DNA from: Aquabacterium sp.
GTDB lineage: Bacteria > Pseudomonadota > Gammaproteobacteria > Burkholderiales > Burkholderiaceae_C
Direction: 5' to 3'
Length of the DNA stretch: 64,000 nucleotides
Assembly (NCBI GenBank): GCA_047601765.1
Contig: JASGIQ010000005.1
Location: 8,792-72,791 of the forward strand
The notes under the pieces are model-generated. The model was not told where the DNA came from, searched no databases, and saw only the letters and a list, made by a program, of their open reading frames with translations. Position numbers and translations under genes: made by a program. Below, in pieces: positions 38,901-47,320 of this stretch (position 1 is its first letter; each line of letters opens with the position of its first letter).

Positions 38901-40370
38901 GGCTGCCTCTTGGAGACGCCCGACCTTGTGCAGGCCGGCGGCGATGAGCTGCAAGGCGTCTGCGCCATTGCGGTGCGCCTCAGGAATGCTGCTCTCTTCG
39001 GGCACCAGCCCATTGATGATCTCGGCATTAGCATTGGCAGTCCAAACGAAGATGGACTCAGGGAAGCGCTCACGGGCAAGGCGGCCAGCTTCAAGTGCTT
39101 CTGGGAGCTTGTTTGCAAGCAGAAGGCCGCGGACCTTGGCTGCTGCATTGCGCTCGTCGTCCGGGAACGCTTCCTCGGCTTTGAGGAAGTCTCGTGCTGC
39201 GGCCGCTGTGGAGCCTCTGTGCCAATGGCAGGTTGCCTGCAAAAGGTACCAGCGAGACTTCTGGTAGTCGTCGAAATTAGCGAGATACGCTTCCAGACTC
39301 GCAAGTCGATTCTGGGCGTCTTGGTAGCGGAACGCCTTGATGAGGTCGTTGACGCCTTCGAGCTCCGTGGTTGCCCAGCGGTTGGCCGAGTCTTGTCGCG
39401 CGTCACCGACTGCCGCGCTGTCCATGAGCGGTGTGCTGGCAGCACCTACGGCAGCTTTGAAGGCAAAGCTGTCATCAAGAAGCTCGCGGTCCGTCGCGGC
39501 TACGACGGGTTGGACCTCGACGACCTCACCGCCAGCTTGGCTGGCCCGGTGTCGTTCAAAGTCGGCAACAAGCTGCGCAGAGTCTAGCTGGCTGCGCAAG
39601 GTGAGTCGGGTGACAGTGGCGGCCTGCTCGTTGAGCCGCTGGCAAATCGTGACCAGGGTGTTCCAGACGTTGGCCGGCCCCCCGTGGCGGTGTTTACCTA
39701 GCGCCCAGCCGATCTCCTTGATGAGGTTGTTGACGTCGGCCGAGTCATTCGTCGCAAGCCGGTGTTCCAAGAACCAGAGGTGCCGACAAAAGCCATACAG
39801 GTCGTCGTCCGAGAGGGCAGTCTCGGTCTCTTGCTCAACGACTTTGCGGATCGCTGCGAGGGCATCGCGCTGGTCGCTCGAGCTGTAGCCCTCCGACAGG
39901 GCTGCCCTCAGGAAGTCGGCAGAGTTGGCGGCAGCCCGTGCCTTCGAGCAGACCTGGGATGCCGCGTGAACGGTGCCAGTCCCCGAGTCGCGGGAATAGA
40001 CGATGACGATGCGGTCAACGTCTCGCTTGAACTGCGCGCCTGCGTCGTAGTCGTGCCAGGCGTCGGTGATCGAGTCCTTGAAGGGGGTGTCTGAGACACG
40101 AGCCTTCAAGGTGAGCTTGACTTGCATGGCAACCTTGAAGGTACTGCCGTCGTCGCGCTCCACCGTGCAGATGAGGTCGTCGGTGTTAAAGCCGTGGATC
40201 CGGCCCTGAAACCTCATCTCCGTGATCTGGCTGTGCGCAAGGAAGCGCGAGTCGTCACCGCTCAGCAGGGCGAGCAAGTAGCTCGCCTGCACGCGCGACT
40301 CGAAGTGGCCTCCCTCCCCGGAGGTGGACGCCGGGCTCGAGAGCTTTTTGGGGCCTTTTTTATTTGCCAT
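35964..40370 (-). CDS. Candidate defence/conflict protein: REase-like nuclease - TPR - GreA/B-C-terminal - PIN (1,468 aa)
   Basis: N-terminal GGHFE..TDDL..QVK nuclease-like motif; long helical TPR region; GVHVTL..EFLGRAVGDEVRI..YRVLSL (GreA/B C-terminal fold-like, about 37370-37580); YLIDAPT..EE..LITTDLRLR (PIN-like, about 36480-37020). Confidence 0.75.
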   Translation of the reverse strand: MANKKGPKKLSSPASTSGEGGHFESRVQASYLLALLSGDDSRFLAHSQITEMRFQGRIHGFNTDDLICTVERDDGSTFKVAMQVKLTLKARVSDTPFKDSITDAWHDYDAGAQFKRDVDRIVIVYSRDSGTGTVHAASQVCSKARAAANSADFLRAALSEGYSSSDQRDALAAIRKVVEQETETALSDDDLYGFCRHLWFLEHRLATNDSADVNNLIKEIGWALGKHRHGGPANVWNTLVTICQRLNEQAATVTRLTLRSQLDSAQLVADFERHRASQAGGEVVEVQPVVAATDRELLDDSFAFKAAVGAASTPLMDSAAVGDARQDSANRWATTELEGVNDLIKAFRYQDAQNRLASLEAYLANFDDYQKSRWYLLQATCHWHRGSTAAAARDFLKAEEAFPDDERNAAAKVRGLLLANKLPEALEAGRLARERFPESIFVWTANANAEIINGLVPEESSIPEAHRNGADALQLIAAGLHKVGRLQEAADVSLRSLTADKPGFYVRAAALAHVLDLVAQNNVHTALRVLTAEHKRMLKAVSDSLEPRAERVWAIQADEAVSVVASNLAAVYLLQGNPGEALEVAKEARVNQRSRSELIRVELEALHDTGQVEAMFALGLENLSYLQDGGLVALAQVAANRGEVGVAQQIYERTLAREDIESDVKELLRATKWLAMWNAKQRGEVAQELQGLVIEESNSIALLAAVTRLARPSDKHKSEAALLRVRQLAGKKPPAEVRLLLADLYSDLRDFKRAAKFYESVLPSEGAGELHARLLHSLLRSGGRRKAKEVLERLPDGWQNNEELRSLAIEIAREAGDWPLLTRLADAQFARKPDDIGSWLFKYMVGSRELPAAELKEFIGRAPLGLIGPIQQVSQLALLELRLGLQGKAMQRLYQMRRLNAAKIESASALIMAYLAYNEPIAGLHEFPNVVTPGVHVTLEGPSGTVHVTVDPKELPGLPQDTEFKSAGDTAVQEFLGRAVGDEVRIDTGFGGLRVYRVLSLDSAYARQLKLAQVQVESSVEPVPNLWMVKVRKEPGGDPDFSEVHQTLKRQSERIREALKSYQELPFTLGGLGRLMGNNAVDIVNGWMTGLDDGPLYVNDGNAEELERARAVLADKDNAYLIDAPTITELVLLDATDALAAIGEVYATTETEGVLRHKLEELREKGPEGQLLDDNGQMRFVEITEQAREHARRQAQSAIDALERYCKVVPAYGPEHRPKFLSRVGRILSPEEFSVLDAALERSLCLITTDLRLRQMADQVQVRGVWPQVLLQHATEQGFLTRHRYSLSALRLLFSNRSFVPLTPEDLWVLFQQSTPWVRFGVVRLKAYLAKPTVHFESTYGIVKSFVALAAMRGMRLMALGEVVRHLMEGVMRHKDSAPETLREMLEVFQVLLEPDWRPPYSPLTRHQDAEIKAQFRFLARAAQEGAMWAKKAPEERPVRLVTLFVTKTPVLLYDLPKEPEGAEFGDG

Positions 40371-40624
40371 CCTGCAGCTGAGCATTATCTTGCAAGCCGC
40401 AGCCACCCCAGGCAGTTATCCGGGCACTTTGAGATCCAGCCGAGTGTCAACCTTCGGGTTCGCTACTGGCGTTCAGCGGTCGCTGATGGCGGGCGCCGTC
40501 GAATGGCCGGGTCCGGACGGCGGCGGCTCTCTCTTGCGGAACGAGTGACCGGCCCTAGCCTAAAGCAGCAGCACAAGACCCAAAGGGCAATGCACGGACT
40601 TGGCCAATCGCTACGAGACCTACC

Positions 40625-41047
40625 TCACCCCTCCTTCCCATCCCCCGCCCCCTCCTCCATCCAAATCGCCCCCCACAAGTGCCCATCCGGATCCGCCAGA
40701 TCCCGGCCATACATGAACCCCAACTCCTGCACCGGGTTCACATCCGCCTGGCCACCATGCGCTGCGGCTGCCACGTTCATCGCGTCCACCGCCTCGCGGC
40801 TCTCCAGGGTGAGTGAGAGCATCACGTTCGCGGCCCCTTTGGGCGGCAGGGGCAGGTCAGTGAAGGTGCGCCACTTGGCGTGCGTCAGCAGCATCACGTA
40901 GATCGCCTCGCTCCACACCATGCAGGCGGCAGAGCTCTCGTCGCTGTACTGCGGGTTCAGCTCAAACCCCAGCGCCTGGTAGAAGGCCACCGAGGCCTGG
41001 AGGTCGGCAACGGGGAGGCTCACGAAAATCATCTTCTGGGTGCTCAT
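40625..41047 (-). CDS. VOC/glyoxalase-family protein (140 aa)
   Basis: MIFVSLPVADLQASVAFYQALGF..MYGRDLADPDGHLW. Confidence 0.92.
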   Translation of the reverse strand: MSTQKMIFVSLPVADLQASVAFYQALGFELNPQYSDESSAACMVWSEAIYVMLLTHAKWRTFTDLPLPPKGAANVMLSLTLESREAVDAMNVAAAAHGGQADVNPVQELGFMYGRDLADPDGHLWGAIWMEEGAGDGKEG

Positions 41048-41220
41048 GGCGTTTCCTTGCTTGATCAGTCAATCGTCAGTCAGTGATGGGTGGTGACGTT
41101 TGCGGCCCCCTGAATGCAGCCGCCTCACCCACACAACGAGCCAGCACCTCCCAAATCGACACAAAGAAGCACGACGCCGCCCCCGCCCACCCAACCTCGC
41201 GCACCACCTCAGCGTTGCCA

Positions 41221-41322
41221 GACTGGCGCGACGGGTGGCCAACGCAGCGAAGTAAAGGAGGAGGGTCCGGCGCAGCCGGAGCCGGGGGACATGAGCGAAG
41301 TTGGCCACCCGTCGCGACAGTC
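41221..41322. repeat. Palindromic intergenic element: 23-bp inverted repeat arms with an internal hairpin
   Basis: GACTGGCGCGACGGGTGGCCAAC (41221-41243) matches the reverse complement of 41300-41322 at 22/23. Internal TCCGG-cgcag-CCGGA at 41266-41280. Confidence 0.8.
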
Positions 41323-41429
41323 CCGCTCCACCGCACAAACGCCACAAATCCACCCCCCTAACTTGACAGTCCCACACCAACCCACATGACTTTTGACAGG
41401 TGTGACCGTGTACCCTCAAACCTACAGTC

Positions 41430-41445
41430 CGTGACATCCATCACA
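41430..41445. promoter_or_regulatory. Possible CRP/Vfr/Clp-family binding site upstream of tssA
   Basis: CGTGA-catcca-TCACA matches TGTGA-N6-TCACA at 9/10, 52 nt before the tssA ATG, in a lower-GC intergenic region. Confidence 0.35.
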
Positions 41446-41497
41446 CCTTCTGGGTGAAGATAGTTGGCTTGAGCATTACCCCCCATCGGACCACCCC

Positions 41498-42538
41498 ATG
41501 TCTCTGATCGACGTCGACTCCCTCCTGGCCCCGCTTGGCGACAGCCAGCCCTGCGGCCCGGATCTGGAATACGACAGCGCCTTCCTCGCCCTTGAGGAAG
41601 CGGCGCGCGGCAAGCCCGAGCAACAGTTCGGCGACACGATCATCCCCGGTGAAGACCCTGACTGGCGCAAAGTGCAAACGCTCTCCCAGGAGCTGATGGG
41701 ACGCACCCGCGATCTGCGCGTCGCTACGCACCTTCTGCGTGCATCCACCCGCCTGCAAGGCCTGGGCGCCGCCGCCGACGGCCTGCGCCTGATCCAGGGC
41801 CTGCTCTCCCAGCACTGGGATCACGTCCATCCCATGCTGGATGCCGACGACAACAACGACCCCACCATGCGCCTGAACGCGCTGGCCCCCCTGGTCGATC
41901 CCCAATCCTTCCTGCTCGATCTGCGCAAGGCCACCCTGGCCGGCGGCCGCAGCAGCGTCACCGGCCGCGAGGTTGAAATCGCCTCTGGCAAGGCCCAGGC
42001 GCACGAAGGCGAAGCCACGATGCCCATGCCCGGCGTCATCCAGGCCCTGCAGGATGCCGAGGCGCAGCAGCCCGGCCTGCTCACCGCCTTGTCCGGCATG
42101 TCCGACACGGTGGCCGCCATCGATGCCGTCATCTCCGAGCGCGCCAGCATCTCCGGCCCCGAGTTTCGCCCCCTGCGCGTCTTGACGCAGATCATCAGCG
42201 ATGCGGCCCGCCAGGCGGCGGGTGCGGCAGCGGGCACAGAATCGAATGCGGCGGCAGCGGATGTGGGTGGCGGCGACCTGTCTGGCGCAGGTCCCGCCGC
42301 CCACGGCGCTGCGCTGGCTCAACCGGGTGTGCTGCGCACGCGCGATGACGCCATCCAGGCGCTGGAAAAGGTGTGCGCGTGGCTGGAAACCCACGAGCCC
42401 TCCAACCCCGCGCCCTTGCTGATCCGTCGCGCGCAACGCCTCATGAGCAAGAACTTCGTCGACATCATCAAGGACCTCGTGCCCGACAGCATCGATCAGA
42501 TCGGCAAGCTGGCGGGTGTGAAGTTCGACGAGTACTGA
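41498..42538 (+). CDS. tssA: T6SS TssA (ImpA N-terminal domain) (346 aa)
   Basis: GPDLEYDSAFLALE..DWRKV..RTRDLRV at the N-terminus; TRDDAIQALEKVCAWLETHEPSNPAPLLIRRA at the C-terminus. Confidence 0.93.
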   Translation: MSLIDVDSLLAPLGDSQPCGPDLEYDSAFLALEEAARGKPEQQFGDTIIPGEDPDWRKVQTLSQELMGRTRDLRVATHLLRASTRLQGLGAAADGLRLIQGLLSQHWDHVHPMLDADDNNDPTMRLNALAPLVDPQSFLLDLRKATLAGGRSSVTGREVEIASGKAQAHEGEATMPMPGVIQALQDAEAQQPGLLTALSGMSDTVAAIDAVISERASISGPEFRPLRVLTQIISDAARQAAGAAAGTESNAAAADVGGGDLSGAGPAAHGAALAQPGVLRTRDDAIQALEKVCAWLETHEPSNPAPLLIRRAQRLMSKNFVDIIKDLVPDSIDQIGKLAGVKFDEY

Positions 42539-42612
42539 TCGATGCCATCGGATCTGCCGACGTTTTATCCAGCCCCGTATCTCAACGCCATTGACCATCC
42601 CAGGAGCGAAGC

Positions 42613-43116
42613 ATGGCCACCAGCAGTCAAAAGTTCATTGCCCGCAACCGCGCCCCGCGCGTGCAGATCGAGTACGACGTCGAGCTCTACGGCGCTGAAA
42701 AGAAGGTGCAGCTGCCCTTCGTGATGGGCGTGCTCTCCGACCTGTCGGGCAAGCCCACCGAGCCGCTGGCCCCCGTGGCCGATCGAAAGTTCCTGGACTT
42801 CGACGTCGACAACTTCGACGCCCGCATGAAGTCCATGAAGCCCCGCGTGGCCTTCCAGGTGCCCAACACGCTGACCGGCGAGGGCAACCTGGCCATCGAC
42901 CTGACGTTCGAGAGCATGGACGACTTCTCGCCCGCGGCCATCGCGGCCAAGGTGGATGGCCTCAAGCAACTGCTGGAAGCCCGTCAGCAACTGGCCAACC
43001 TGGTGACCTACATGGACGGCAAGACCGGCGCCGAAGAGCTGCTGGCCAAGGTGCTCAAGGACGATGCCCTGCTGAAGTCCCTGGCCTCGGCCAAGAAGCC
43101 GGCCGAAGGCCAGTAA
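42613..43116 (+). CDS. tssB: T6SS contractile sheath small subunit (167 aa)
   Basis: SSQKFIARNRAPRVQIEYDVE..ELPFVMGV-like, DRKFLDFDVDNFD, LLEARQQLANL. Confidence 0.97.
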   Translation: MATSSQKFIARNRAPRVQIEYDVELYGAEKKVQLPFVMGVLSDLSGKPTEPLAPVADRKFLDFDVDNFDARMKSMKPRVAFQVPNTLTGEGNLAIDLTFESMDDFSPAAIAAKVDGLKQLLEARQQLANLVTYMDGKTGAEELLAKVLKDDALLKSLASAKKPAEGQ

Positions 43117-43155
43117 GCCGCACCCGCAACGCCGCAAGAAGGAGAACGATTCATC

Positions 43156-44649
43156 ATGTCTGAAGCACAAGTCCAGAGCAGCGCACTGCAGGGTGTCGAG
43201 TACGAAGGCGGTGATTTCGCCGCGCTGCTGAACAAGGAATTCCGCCCGCAGAACGATAACGCCAAGTCGGCCGTCGAGCAGGCGGTGCTGACCCTGGCCC
43301 AGCAGGCCCTGTCGCAGACCAAGCTGATCAGCAGCGACGTCATCGCCTCGATCGAGGCCATGATCGCCGCGCTCGACCAGAAGATGTCCGAGCAGGTCAA
43401 CAAGATCCTGCACCACCCCGAGTTTCAGCAGCTCGAAAGCGCCTGGCGCGGCCTGAGCTACCTGGTCAACAACACCGAAACCGATGAAATGCTGAAGATC
43501 CGTGTCTTCAACATTTCCAAGGCCGACGTGGGCAAGACCTTGAAGAAGTTCAAGGGCACCGCCTGGGATCAGAGCCCGCTGTTCAAGAAGGTGTACGAAG
43601 AGGAATACGGCCAGTTCGGTGGCGAGCCCTTCGGCTGCCTGGTGGGCGACTACTTCTTCGACCACACGCCGCCAGATGTCGAGTGGCTGGGTGAAATGGC
43701 CAAGGTCTGTGCCGCTGCGCACACGCCCTTCATCGCTGCGCCTGGCCCCGGCCTGATGGGCATGGAGTCGTGGCAGGAGTTGGCCAACCCGCGTGATCTG
43801 ACCAAGATCTTCACCACGCCCGAGTACGCCGCCTGGCGCTCGCTGCGTGAGTCGGACGATGCGCGCTACATCGGTTTGGCCATGCCGCGCTTCCTGGGCC
43901 GCCAGCCCTACGGCGCCAAGACCAACCCCGTGGAAGCCTTCGATTTCGAAGAGGACACGGCCGGTGCCGATCACACCAAGTACACCTGGGTGAACTCGGC
44001 CTACGCCATGGCCGTGAACATCAACCGCTCGTTCAAGATGTACGGCTGGTGCTCGCGCATCCGCGGCATCGAATCGGGTGGTGCGGTCGAGGGTCTGCCC
44101 ACGCACACCTTCCCGACGGATGACGGCGGTGTCGACATGAAGTGCCCGACGGAAATCGCCATCAGCGACCGTCGCGAGGCCGAACTGGCCAAGAACGGCT
44201 TCATGCCGCTGGTGCACAAGAAGAACTCGGACTTCGCGGCCTTCATCGGTGCCCAGTCGCTGCAAAAGCCTGCCGAGTACGACGATCCGGATGCCACGGC
44301 CAACGCCAACCTGGCGGCCCGCCTGCCGTATCTGTTCGCCACCTGCCGCTTCGCGCACTACCTCAAGTGCATCGTGCGCGACAAGATCGGCTCGTTCAAG
44401 GAACGTGGCGAAGTCCAGCGCTGGCTGCAGGACTGGATCATGAACTACGTGGATGGGGATCCCGCCCACTCCTCGGAAGAAACCAAGGCCCGTCGCCCTC
44501 TGGCGGCGGCCGAGGTGGTGGTGGAAGAAGTGGAAGGCAACCCGGGGTACTACACCTCGAAGTTCTTCCTGCGTCCGCACTATCAGCTCGAAGGCCTCAC
44601 GGTCTCGCTGCGCCTGGTGTCCAAGCTGCCTTCGCTCAAGGCAGCCTGA
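43156..44649 (+). CDS. tssC: T6SS contractile sheath large subunit (497 aa)
   Basis: ILHHPEFQQLESAWRGL, YEEEYGQFGGEPFG, GGAVEGLP, TEIAISDRREAELAKNGF, FLRPHYQLEG. Confidence 0.98.
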   Translation: MSEAQVQSSALQGVEYEGGDFAALLNKEFRPQNDNAKSAVEQAVLTLAQQALSQTKLISSDVIASIEAMIAALDQKMSEQVNKILHHPEFQQLESAWRGLSYLVNNTETDEMLKIRVFNISKADVGKTLKKFKGTAWDQSPLFKKVYEEEYGQFGGEPFGCLVGDYFFDHTPPDVEWLGEMAKVCAAAHTPFIAAPGPGLMGMESWQELANPRDLTKIFTTPEYAAWRSLRESDDARYIGLAMPRFLGRQPYGAKTNPVEAFDFEEDTAGADHTKYTWVNSAYAMAVNINRSFKMYGWCSRIRGIESGGAVEGLPTHTFPTDDGGVDMKCPTEIAISDRREAELAKNGFMPLVHKKNSDFAAFIGAQSLQKPAEYDDPDATANANLAARLPYLFATCRFAHYLKCIVRDKIGSFKERGEVQRWLQDWIMNYVDGDPAHSSEETKARRPLAAAEVVVEEVEGNPGYYTSKFFLRPHYQLEGLTVSLRLVSKLPSLKAA

Positions 44650-44855
44650 TCGCCACAGCGCAACGCTGAGGACGTCTCGTCAAGAAGACAAGCGAAACAA
44701 GACCGGGCCGACCGCCTCGTTGAAAGACGGCGGCCTCCTTTACCAACGCCGGCGGCGCGAGGGACTGACCCCAGCCTCGCGCCGGATGGAACACGCCTGT
44801 GTGCCATGGCCGGTCTCAACTTTCTGCGGGTTGCTCAACAGGATGGAGAAGCATC

Positions 44856-45341
44856 ATGGCAGTGGACATGTTCATCAAGATCGGTGACATCAAGGGTGAA
44901 TCGAAGGACGGCTCGCACGGCGACGAAATCGACGTGCTGGCCTGGAGTTGGGGCCTGAGCCAATCGGGTACCGCTCACACGGGCACGGGCTCCGGCGCCG
45001 GCAAGGTCAACGTGCAGGATCTTTCGCTCACGAAGTGGGTGGATTCTTCGTCGACCGCGCTGATGATGGCCTCGTGCAAGGGCACGCACATCAAGGAAGC
45101 CAAGCTGACGGTCCGCAAGGCCGGCGACAAGCCCCTTGAGTACATCAAGATCACCCTGACCGACGTGATCGTGTCGTCGGTGCAGACCGGTGGTTCGGGT
45201 GGTGAAGACCGTCTGACCGAGAACGTCGTGCTGAACTTCGGCAAGTTCAAGGTCGAGTACACCATCCAGGCCAAGGAAGGCGGCGCCGGTGCCACCTCCA
45301 CCGTGGCCTGGGACATCCCCGCCAACAAGCCGCAAGGCTGA
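44856..45341 (+). CDS. hcp: T6SS tube protein Hcp (161 aa)
   Basis: MAVDMFIKIGDIKGESKDGSHGDEIDVLAWSWG..LEYIKITLTDVIVSSV..ENVVLNFGKFKVEY. Confidence 0.97.
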   Translation: MAVDMFIKIGDIKGESKDGSHGDEIDVLAWSWGLSQSGTAHTGTGSGAGKVNVQDLSLTKWVDSSSTALMMASCKGTHIKEAKLTVRKAGDKPLEYIKITLTDVIVSSVQTGGSGGEDRLTENVVLNFGKFKVEYTIQAKEGGAGATSTVAWDIPANKPQG

Positions 45342-45362
45342 TTCACCGCGTAGGAGAGCGCC

Positions 45363-45853
45363 ATGTCCCTGGGAGATATGTTCCTCAAGATCGAAGGCAC
45401 CCGTCAGGGTCCGATCAAGGGCGAATGCGTCGAAGACCGGCCACGTCGACGAGATCGCCGTGCTGGGCTGGAACTGGGGCATGGACGTCTCCGCGGCCTC
45501 GTTCGGTTCGACCGCGGCGCGCACGACCATGCAGGAGCTGGTGGTGCGCAAGCGGGTCGACCGGGCTTCGACGGCCCTGATGTCGGCCTTGCGGGCCAAC
45601 GAGCCGCTCAAGAAGGTGATCCTCACGGCCCGCAAGGTCGGGGGCGGATGCCCCCGTGGATTACCTGAAGATCACCATCGAGAAGGCGCGCATCATGTCG
45701 CACCGCATCGGCTCGGTCAGCGATGACTCGCCGGAGGTGCACGAAGAACTCCGCATCGCCTTCTTCAAGATCAACGTGCAGTACCAGCCGCAGACCGGAA
45801 CCGGTGGCGGTGGTGGTGCCACGACGTTTGAAACCGAAATCGTGCCGGCCTGA
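45363..45853 (+). pseudogene. hcp: Second, divergent Hcp broken by two +1 frameshifts
   Basis: MSLGDMFLKIEGTRQGPIKGE, then GHVDEIAVLGWNWG..RKV in the next frame (extra C near 45438), then DAPVDYLKITIEKARI..EELRIAFFKINVQY in the third frame (extra G near 45645). Removing 2 nt restores a 162-aa Hcp. Confidence 0.85.
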
Positions 45854-45901
45854 TGGGCGCGTGATGCGCAGACAGGCAGGTGCTGGAAAGAGCCTTGGAC
45901 C

Positions 45902-46747
45902 ATGAACACGGTGGAAGCGGCTGAACAGGCCTTGAAGTAGGGTGATCTGACCCTGGCGCTGCAATACCTGCAGGACGGCGTGCGCTCGCAGCCCGCCAAT
46001 GCGAAGCTGCGCATCTTCCTGTTCCAGCTGCTGGCCGTGGACGGCCAGTGGACGCGCGCGATGACGCAGCTCAAGGTGTGCGGCGAACTCGATGCGAGCA
46101 CGCTGGCCATGGTCAACACCTACCGCGAGGCCCTGCAGTGCGAGGCCTTGCGCGATGCCGTCTTCAACGGCCAGACCACGCCCATGGTGTTCGGCCAGCC
46201 GCAAACCTGGGTGGCCCATCTGGTGGAGGCCCTGCAGGCCGATGCCCGTGGCGATCACGCCCTGGCCAAGCACCTGCGCGAGCAGGCGATGGAGGCCGCG
46301 CCCACCACCGGTGGCACCCTCAATGGCGAGCGCTTCGAGTGGATCGCCGATGCGGATTCGCGCCTGGGCCCCGTGCTGGAGGTGATCATCAACGGCCGCT
46401 ATGGCTGGATGCCGTTTGCCTCGGTGGCCAAGATCACCTTCGAGGCGCCCAGCGATCTGCGCGACATGGTGTGGATGCCGGCCACGCTGGAGTTGCCCAA
46501 TGGCGGCGGCACGGTGGCCCTGGTGCCCACGCGCTATGCGCCGATGCCGGAAGCGGCCGACAACCTCACGCGCCTGTCGCGCCGCACGGACTGGGTCGAG
46601 ATCTCGCCCGAGCAGTACCGCGGCGTGGGCCAGCGGCTGATCACCACCGATCAAGCCGAGTTGGGCTTGCTGGATGTGCGCACGATCACGCTGGATGCCG
46701 CCGACGGCGAAGGCAATGCGTCGGCTTCTGGCCAGGCAGCGGCTTGA
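45902..46747 (+). pseudogene. tagJ: TagJ/ImpE (SciE) with an in-frame amber stop at codon 13
   Basis: ATG 45902 reads MNTVEAAEQALK-TAG(45938-45940)-GDLTLALQYLQDGVRSQP.. in frame with LRIFLFQLL..WIADADSRLGPVLE..DLRDMVW..PTRY. Confidence 0.8.
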
Positions 46748-46792
46748 CGCGCCAGGGCCGCGCTCACCGCATTCATCGGGGCAGTAACGACC

Positions 46793-47320
46793 ATGGCGAC
46801 CACCGATCTGCGTGACCGTCTCCAGCCGGCGCTGCTCGATCGCCTGACGGACGAGAACCCGGACGTCACGCGCGATGCCGACGACCGCCGCGTGCTCAAC
46901 AAGCAGCAGTTGCGCCTGGCCGTATTGCGGGATCTGAGTTGGTTGCTCAATGCGGTTCAGCCGCTGGGCAAGCAGGGCGACGATGCGCCGTATGCGGCCG
47001 ATTCGGTGCTGAACTACGGCCTGCCGCCGATGTCGGGCCAGCTGGCCTCGAAGATCGACATGCCGGATCTGGAGCAGTCCATCCGCCAGGCCATCCTGCG
47101 CTTCGAGCCGCGCATCCTGGAGCACTCCTTGCGTGTGAAGGCCATTGACGGGGGCGCCATGCTGGACGCCCACAACATCATCGAATTCGAGATCCGCGGC
47201 TTCTTGTGGGCGCAGCCCATCCCGCTGGAGCTCTTGCTGCGCACGCAGTTGGATCTGGAGGCCGGCCAGGTCAGGGTGCGCGATGGCACGCCGGGCACGG
47301 CACGCGAGGGGATGCGCTGA
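46793..47320 (+). CDS. tssE: T6SS baseplate TssE (175 aa)
   Basis: LQPALLDRLTD..VLRDLSWLLN..SVLNYGLP..AILRFEPRI. Confidence 0.95.
   Translation: MATTDLRDRLQPALLDRLTDENPDVTRDADDRRVLNKQQLRLAVLRDLSWLLNAVQPLGKQGDDAPYAADSVLNYGLPPMSGQLASKIDMPDLEQSIRQAILRFEPRILEHSLRVKAIDGGAMLDAHNIIEFEIRGFLWAQPIPLELLLRTQLDLEAGQVRVRDGTPGTAREGMR

Noticed and set aside
35964-40370. Calling the large minus-strand gene an Avs/STAND NTPase
   Set aside because: No Walker A (GxxGxGK[S/T]) motif is visible between the nuclease and TPR regions.
41069-41437. Small overlapping ORFs on both strands between the VOC gene and tssA
   Set aside because: Low-complexity translations with no RBS. They are better explained by the palindromic element and promoter DNA.
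45938-45940. Pyrrolysine/amber read-through in tagJ
   Set aside because: There are no pyl genes or other in-frame TAG codons in the window, and neighbouring T6SS genes carry other lesions. A nonsense mutation or base-call error is simpler.
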